This document shows positions 60,095 through 64,000 of a stretch of DNA of 64,000 bases, one piece after another. Both the position numbers and the translations under genes were made by a program. The notes beneath the pieces were generated by a model. It ran no database searches. It saw nothing but the letters and a program-made list of their open reading frames with translations, and was not told the origin of the DNA. Source of the DNA: Pseudomonadota bacterium (lineage in GTDB: Bacteria; Bdellovibrionota; Bdellovibrionia; Bdellovibrionales; Bdellovibrionaceae); NCBI GenBank assembly GCA_041178425.1, contig JBEGVH010000030.1:128001-192000 (forward strand), written 5' to 3'. Position 1 is the stretch's first letter. The number at the start of each line of letters is the position of its first letter.

Positions 60095-60791
60095 AAACAA
60101 TATCGAAAACAACCAATACGCCGTTGATCATTTTAAAGTGAATATCACCGTCGAAAAGGCGAAAGGCATGATTCTCTTTGTAGCCTTTTCCAAGTTCTTT
60201 ATAAACTTGAGGTCGCGGATCTTGCGCCAATGTCTGCTCGATTAAACGAACCATGTTAGGCTGATGAATGCGCAATCCCCATTGGTTAATCTGGGTTCGC
60301 AGTTCTTCAGTTTCAAAGCGAACGGGCAATGATGGCTTTGCCACTATAGACGACCAACCTCCCCTTGCCATTGGGTGAGCTTCAATTTCTGGAAGGTAGG
60401 GTTTTACATCGTAAACGGGTGTTCCATCCGCTAAATCAGCTCCCATAATTTCAATACCCGAGGAGGTGATTCGTTTAATCGCTACTAAGGAGAGCCCTAA
60501 GGGATTAGGACGATGGGGCGTTCGGGTAGCAAATAATCCCATGCTCTCACCCTGCAAACGGGGTGGATGAACTTTAGCATGAAATCGCGATACCTTATTA
60601 AGATGAAAACCAAAAATGACCCACAGGTGAGAATAGCCTTCGAGCCCTTGCAGACTAATTTCTGGCTGAACATGATTCTCAAATCGTAAAAATGCCCACG
60701 CATCTTCAACCAGAAGAGGCTGCCTCGGCACAGCGAAACGATCGCGATAGCACGACTCAACATAGGCAACTGGCTTTAAAGTTAGCTCCAT
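60072..60791 (-). CDS. trmO: tRNA m6t6A37 methyltransferase TrmO (TsaA/YaeB)
   Basis: VPRQP, GLEGYSHLWVIF, PPRL, GLFATRTPHRPNPLGLS and DGTPVYDVKPY motifs. Start set at ATG 60791. Confidence 0.92.
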   Translation of the reverse strand: MELTLKPVAYVESCYRDRFAVPRQPLLVEDAWAFLRFENHVQPEISLQGLEGYSHLWVIFGFHLNKVSRFHAKVHPPRLQGESMGLFATRTPHRPNPLGLSLVAIKRITSSGIEIMGADLADGTPVYDVKPYLPEIEAHPMARGGWSSIVAKPSLPVRFETEELRTQINQWGLRIHQPNMVRLIEQTLAQDPRPQVYKELGKGYKENHAFRLFDGDIHFKMINGVLVVFDIVFSSDTKP

Positions 60792-62671
60792 AACTGATAA
60801 ACACCGACAGCGAGCACATAGGCTAAAATGTTGTAAACCAATAATTGTAGAATGGCCCAAGTGAATTGTCCTGATTCACGAATCATAACGGCAGTCGTCG
60901 ACGTGCATTGCAAAGCGACCATCACAAAAATTAGAATCGCCAGCACCGAAGCCGTCGTAAAAACATGAAGACCCTCGCTATTCTGGGCTGCTTCCATCGA
61001 CGCTAACAATCCCTCCTGAAGACCTTCATCGTCACTAGCAGTTACGTCAAAAATCACCGCTAACGAACTAGCAAAAACCTCGCGAGCCGCAAAAGCAGAA
61101 ATTAAGCTAACCCCTACTCTCCAATCAACACCCATAGGTTTAAACACTGGCTCAATAAAATGCCCTAATTGGCCAGCATAACTTGTTTCTAACTTAACCT
61201 GATCAGACTCTGCCTGGTAATTTGGAAAAGTTGTTCCTGCCCAAATTAAAAGGGCAAAGAGGAAAATCGGAGGACCAGCTCTTTTCACATATCCAAAGGT
61301 TTTCGTCCAGGCCTGGTTTAAAACAACACCAAAGCGCGGCCGTCTATAAAGAGGCAACTCCATCATGAAAAAGGAATTGGCCTCAGGTTTTAAGAACCGA
61401 TGAAGAATGTGTGCCACGATAGCCCCGAAAAAAAGCGCACCAAAGTAAAGGGCCGTGAGGGCCAACCCAGCCTGCCACGATGGTCTTCCATTAAAGAGAA
61501 AGGCTAACAGAAGCGCATAAACGGGAAGGCGCGCCGAACAAGTCATCAACGGAATAATCATCATTGTAATAAATCGATCTCGTTTAGAACTTATGTTTCT
61601 CGTCGCCATGAGCGCAGGAACAGCGCATGCAAATCCAGAAAGCAGGGGCACAAATGAGCGTCCACTCATTCCAAGAGAGGATAAAGGCCTGTCAATGAGG
61701 GTCGCCGAACGAGCCAGATAACCGGATGACTCTAAGAATCCAATAACTAAAAAAAGCATGAAAATCTGCGGAACAAAGACAAGCACCGCACCGAAACTAG
61801 TTATAACGCCATTGCCAATAAAATCAATCCAAAGACTTCCGTCTCCAGCACTTGCAACTTTGGCCGCCGACATCGAAAAAAACGAATCGATCGCGTCCAT
61901 AAAAGGGCCCGCAACAGCAAAAATAGTAGTAAACAAAAATGACATTACCAAAACAAAGATGAGCAATCCAAAGAACGGGTGCAGAAGCCAGCGATCAAGT
62001 CTTCTCGTCGTCGCCAACAAAGCTGCTTTTTGGGCGGCAGTTGCTTTTCCGCAAACAGCAACGGCCAAAAGATCAGCTGATTTTAACATCGACATTTGTT
62101 GCTCTTGGGTCCAAACTTTAGGCGCCGCGGATTTTGTTAAAGTGGGTGCGCGAAGATTGCGAACTCCCTCAACGAGGTCATTCAATCCACCGCCTAAGAG
62201 CCCTTCGATCGGAAAAACCGGGCACTGCAATGATGCCGACAGTTTATCTACGTCAATGGACTGCCCTGATTTTCGCATAAGATCCGACATTGTGAGAGCT
62301 ACAACTACCGAAAAACCACTCGAAATCAGTTGCTGCACTAAAAGGAGGTGTCTTGATAGTTGAGTCGAATCTATAACAGCGATTACCTTACTCACGTCAC
62401 CCTCACGAGAATGACCATAGAGAGCTCTGAGCGTTACCTCTTCATCTTCGCTCTTAGGCACCAACGAATAGGTGCCAGGAGTATCCATGACGGTCAATCC
62501 GCCACCAAATTGGGGGGCGAGTTCTGCCACAGAATACTCAACGGTAGCACCTGGGTAGTTGACCGTTTTGAATTTACTATTGGTAAGCCAATTGAAAAGT
62601 GTTGTTTTTCCAGAATTTGGAGGCCCAACGACCGCAACCAACTCAGGGGTTGCTGTTACACTATCAAACAC
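60782..62671 (-). CDS. feoB: Ferrous iron transporter FeoB
   Basis: GPPNSGKTT, NYPGATVE, DTPGTYSL, LESSGYLAR, GFACAVPA, CSARLPVY and AAREV motifs. Confidence 0.97.
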   Translation of the reverse strand: MFDSVTATPELVAVVGPPNSGKTTLFNWLTNSKFKTVNYPGATVEYSVAELAPQFGGGLTVMDTPGTYSLVPKSEDEEVTLRALYGHSREGDVSKVIAVIDSTQLSRHLLLVQQLISSGFSVVVALTMSDLMRKSGQSIDVDKLSASLQCPVFPIEGLLGGGLNDLVEGVRNLRAPTLTKSAAPKVWTQEQQMSMLKSADLLAVAVCGKATAAQKAALLATTRRLDRWLLHPFFGLLIFVLVMSFLFTTIFAVAGPFMDAIDSFFSMSAAKVASAGDGSLWIDFIGNGVITSFGAVLVFVPQIFMLFLVIGFLESSGYLARSATLIDRPLSSLGMSGRSFVPLLSGFACAVPALMATRNISSKRDRFITMMIIPLMTCSARLPVYALLLAFLFNGRPSWQAGLALTALYFGALFFGAIVAHILHRFLKPEANSFFMMELPLYRRPRFGVVLNQAWTKTFGYVKRAGPPIFLFALLIWAGTTFPNYQAESDQVKLETSYAGQLGHFIEPVFKPMGVDWRVGVSLISAFAAREVFASSLAVIFDVTASDDEGLQEGLLASMEAAQNSEGLHVFTTASVLAILIFVMVALQCTSTTAVMIRESGQFTWAILQLLVYNILAYVLAVGVYQLWS

Positions 62672-62877
62672 AGAGCTTCCTCCTCACGAAGAGCCAAAAA
62701 AGTTGATTCAACTCGAATGATGAAGGGGCCATCAAAAGGCATTCGACCAATCAATTCAATCTCGACTCCCGGATGCAATCCCATATCAATCAAGCGCTCC
62801 GTGATTGCATTATCTCCTGCAAGCTCGGAGAGCACGGCAACCTTTCCAAACTCATTTCGCACAAACAAAAAAGACAT
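62656..62877 (-). CDS. feoA: Ferrous iron transport protein FeoA
   Basis: RLIDMGLHPG...PFDGP...ALREEEA; directly upstream of feoB. Confidence 0.93.
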   Translation of the reverse strand: MSFLFVRNEFGKVAVLSELAGDNAITERLIDMGLHPGVEIELIGRMPFDGPFIIRVESTFLALREEEALCLIV

Positions 62878-62888
62878 AGAAACCCGAT

Positions 62889-64000
62889 CTAGCTCTTCAA
62901 TCTCAAAATGGCTTCTTCCAAGGCTGCCAACTGTGATTTTGCCTGTTGCAGAGTGGCCTTGTCGGCTTCAACGACATCCTCTGCTGCGTTCTTAATAAAA
63001 TTCTCATTATTGAGGCGACCATTGAGTCCAAGGACGTCTTTTTTAAGTTTTTCAATCGTCTTTTCAACCCGCTTGATCTCTTCTTCGATGTCGACAAGCC
63101 CCTCTAAAGGAACAATCACTTTCAATTTAGAAGAACCCACATTCACAGGCGCCAATGCACATTTGGATAAATTACCTTCGTTGCCGATGCTCAAATCACC
63201 GATACGACCAAGCACCTCAATCGCCGTGCGATTACTGCCCAATATTTTCTGCGCAGCTTCATCTTGTGGAGCCAAACGAACAGTGATTTTTTCACCAGGC
63301 TTGATTCTATTTTCGCCACGAATGTTACGAATCGCTGAAATCGTTTCTTTAACCAGATCAATTTCAAACGCCGCCTGAGCATGAGAAAGATTCAACCACT
63401 CACGATCATTATCATCCGTAGGGTAATCATCGGTGATACACGCCTTTCCTTTGATAGGAAGTTTTTGATAAAGCTCTTCGGTGATGAAAGGAGCGAACGG
63501 ATGAAGCAACCGCATCACTCGATTGAGTGTTTGCGCCAACACCAACTGTGTTGCTTTTTTCTCTTCTGGTTTTCCTTCGCTCATAATGGGTTTAATAAAC
63601 TCGATGTACCAATCGCAGAATTCATGCCAAACAAAGTGATAGATAGCGTTGGCAGCATCGGAGAATCGATTATTTTCAAGCGATTCGCGAACAATTTTTT
63701 CTACCTCACCCGTTTTAGCAATGATCCACTGATCATAGAGTGAAAGATGGCCTTTTAATGGCAACGCTTTTACACCAGCCGCTGGAACTTCGAATCCTTG
63801 AAGGTTTTGCAGACTAAAGCGTGTTGCGTTCCAGATTTTGTTCATGAAGTTGCGATAGCCTTCAAGACGTTGCTCGCTAAACTTCAAATCTCTTCCAGAC
63901 GCCGTCAAGGCCATTAAAGTGAAGCGAAGCGCATCCGCCCCATACTTTTCAATCATCTCAACGGGGTCGATAGAATTGTTCAGGCTCTTAGACATTTTTC
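62889..64000 (-). CDS. valS: Valine-tRNA ligase, C-terminal part (5' end outside the window)
   Basis: KMSKS at the window edge, YGADALRFTL, NFMNKIWNA, FCDWYIE, LLHPFAPFITEEL and a C-terminal coiled coil. Confidence 0.97.
   Translation of the reverse strand, partial: KMSKSLNNSIDPVEMIEKYGADALRFTLMALTASGRDLKFSEQRLEGYRNFMNKIWNATRFSLQNLQGFEVPAAGVKALPLKGHLSLYDQWIIAKTGEVEKIVRESLENNRFSDAANAIYHFVWHEFCDWYIEFIKPIMSEGKPEEKKATQLVLAQTLNRVMRLLHPFAPFITEELYQKLPIKGKACITDDYPTDDNDREWLNLSHAQAAFEIDLVKETISAIRNIRGENRIKPGEKITVRLAPQDEAAQKILGSNRTAIEVLGRIGDLSIGNEGNLSKCALAPVNVGSSKLKVIVPLEGLVDIEEEIKRVEKTIEKLKKDVLGLNGRLNNENFIKNAAEDVVEADKATLQQAKSQLAALEEAILRLKS

Noticed and set aside
60792..60860. Longer TrmO start in the ORF track
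   Set aside because: It lies deep inside feoB, and TrmO-like sequence begins at MELTLKPV (60791).
61758..63743. Long plus-strand ORFs opposite feoB, feoA and valS
   Set aside because: They are antisense shadows of well-conserved genes, as are the many short antisense ORFs across the ribosomal cluster.

Overview
Bacterial chromosomal window with no rRNA, CRISPR array, prophage or transposase. It is probably Bdellovibrionota (inferred from gene content, a divergent str-locus EF-G and the style of the hypothetical proteins). Bases ~2.9-33.6 kb form one minus-strand translation supercluster: tRNA Thr-Tyr-Gly-Thr, tuf, tRNA-Trp, secE-nusG-rplKAJL-rpoBC-rpsLG-fusA, then the S10, spc and alpha genes. 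The cluster lacks rplX (uL24), rpmG, map, infA and a second tuf. Its fusA has a degenerate domain IV and is separated from rpsG by an intrinsic terminator. Bases ~33.7-64 kb mix housekeeping genes (rlmB, RlmI-like, folD, aspS, RpoH-like sigma, photolyase, pseudouridine synthase, valS-feoAB-trmO) with a split Tad/Flp pilus locus that has no tadB/tadC or prepilin peptidase in the window. Inside that split is the most unusual element, a 648-aa secreted Cys/coiled-coil protein carrying 13 copies of a Met/Gly/Pro nonapeptide (MGMMPMAGG) in two separately expanded blocks. This gene, an FlgM-like small protein and a Cys-rich lipoprotein each have a good sigma28 (FliA)-type promoter. All assignments are from motif recognition by eye; no searches were run.
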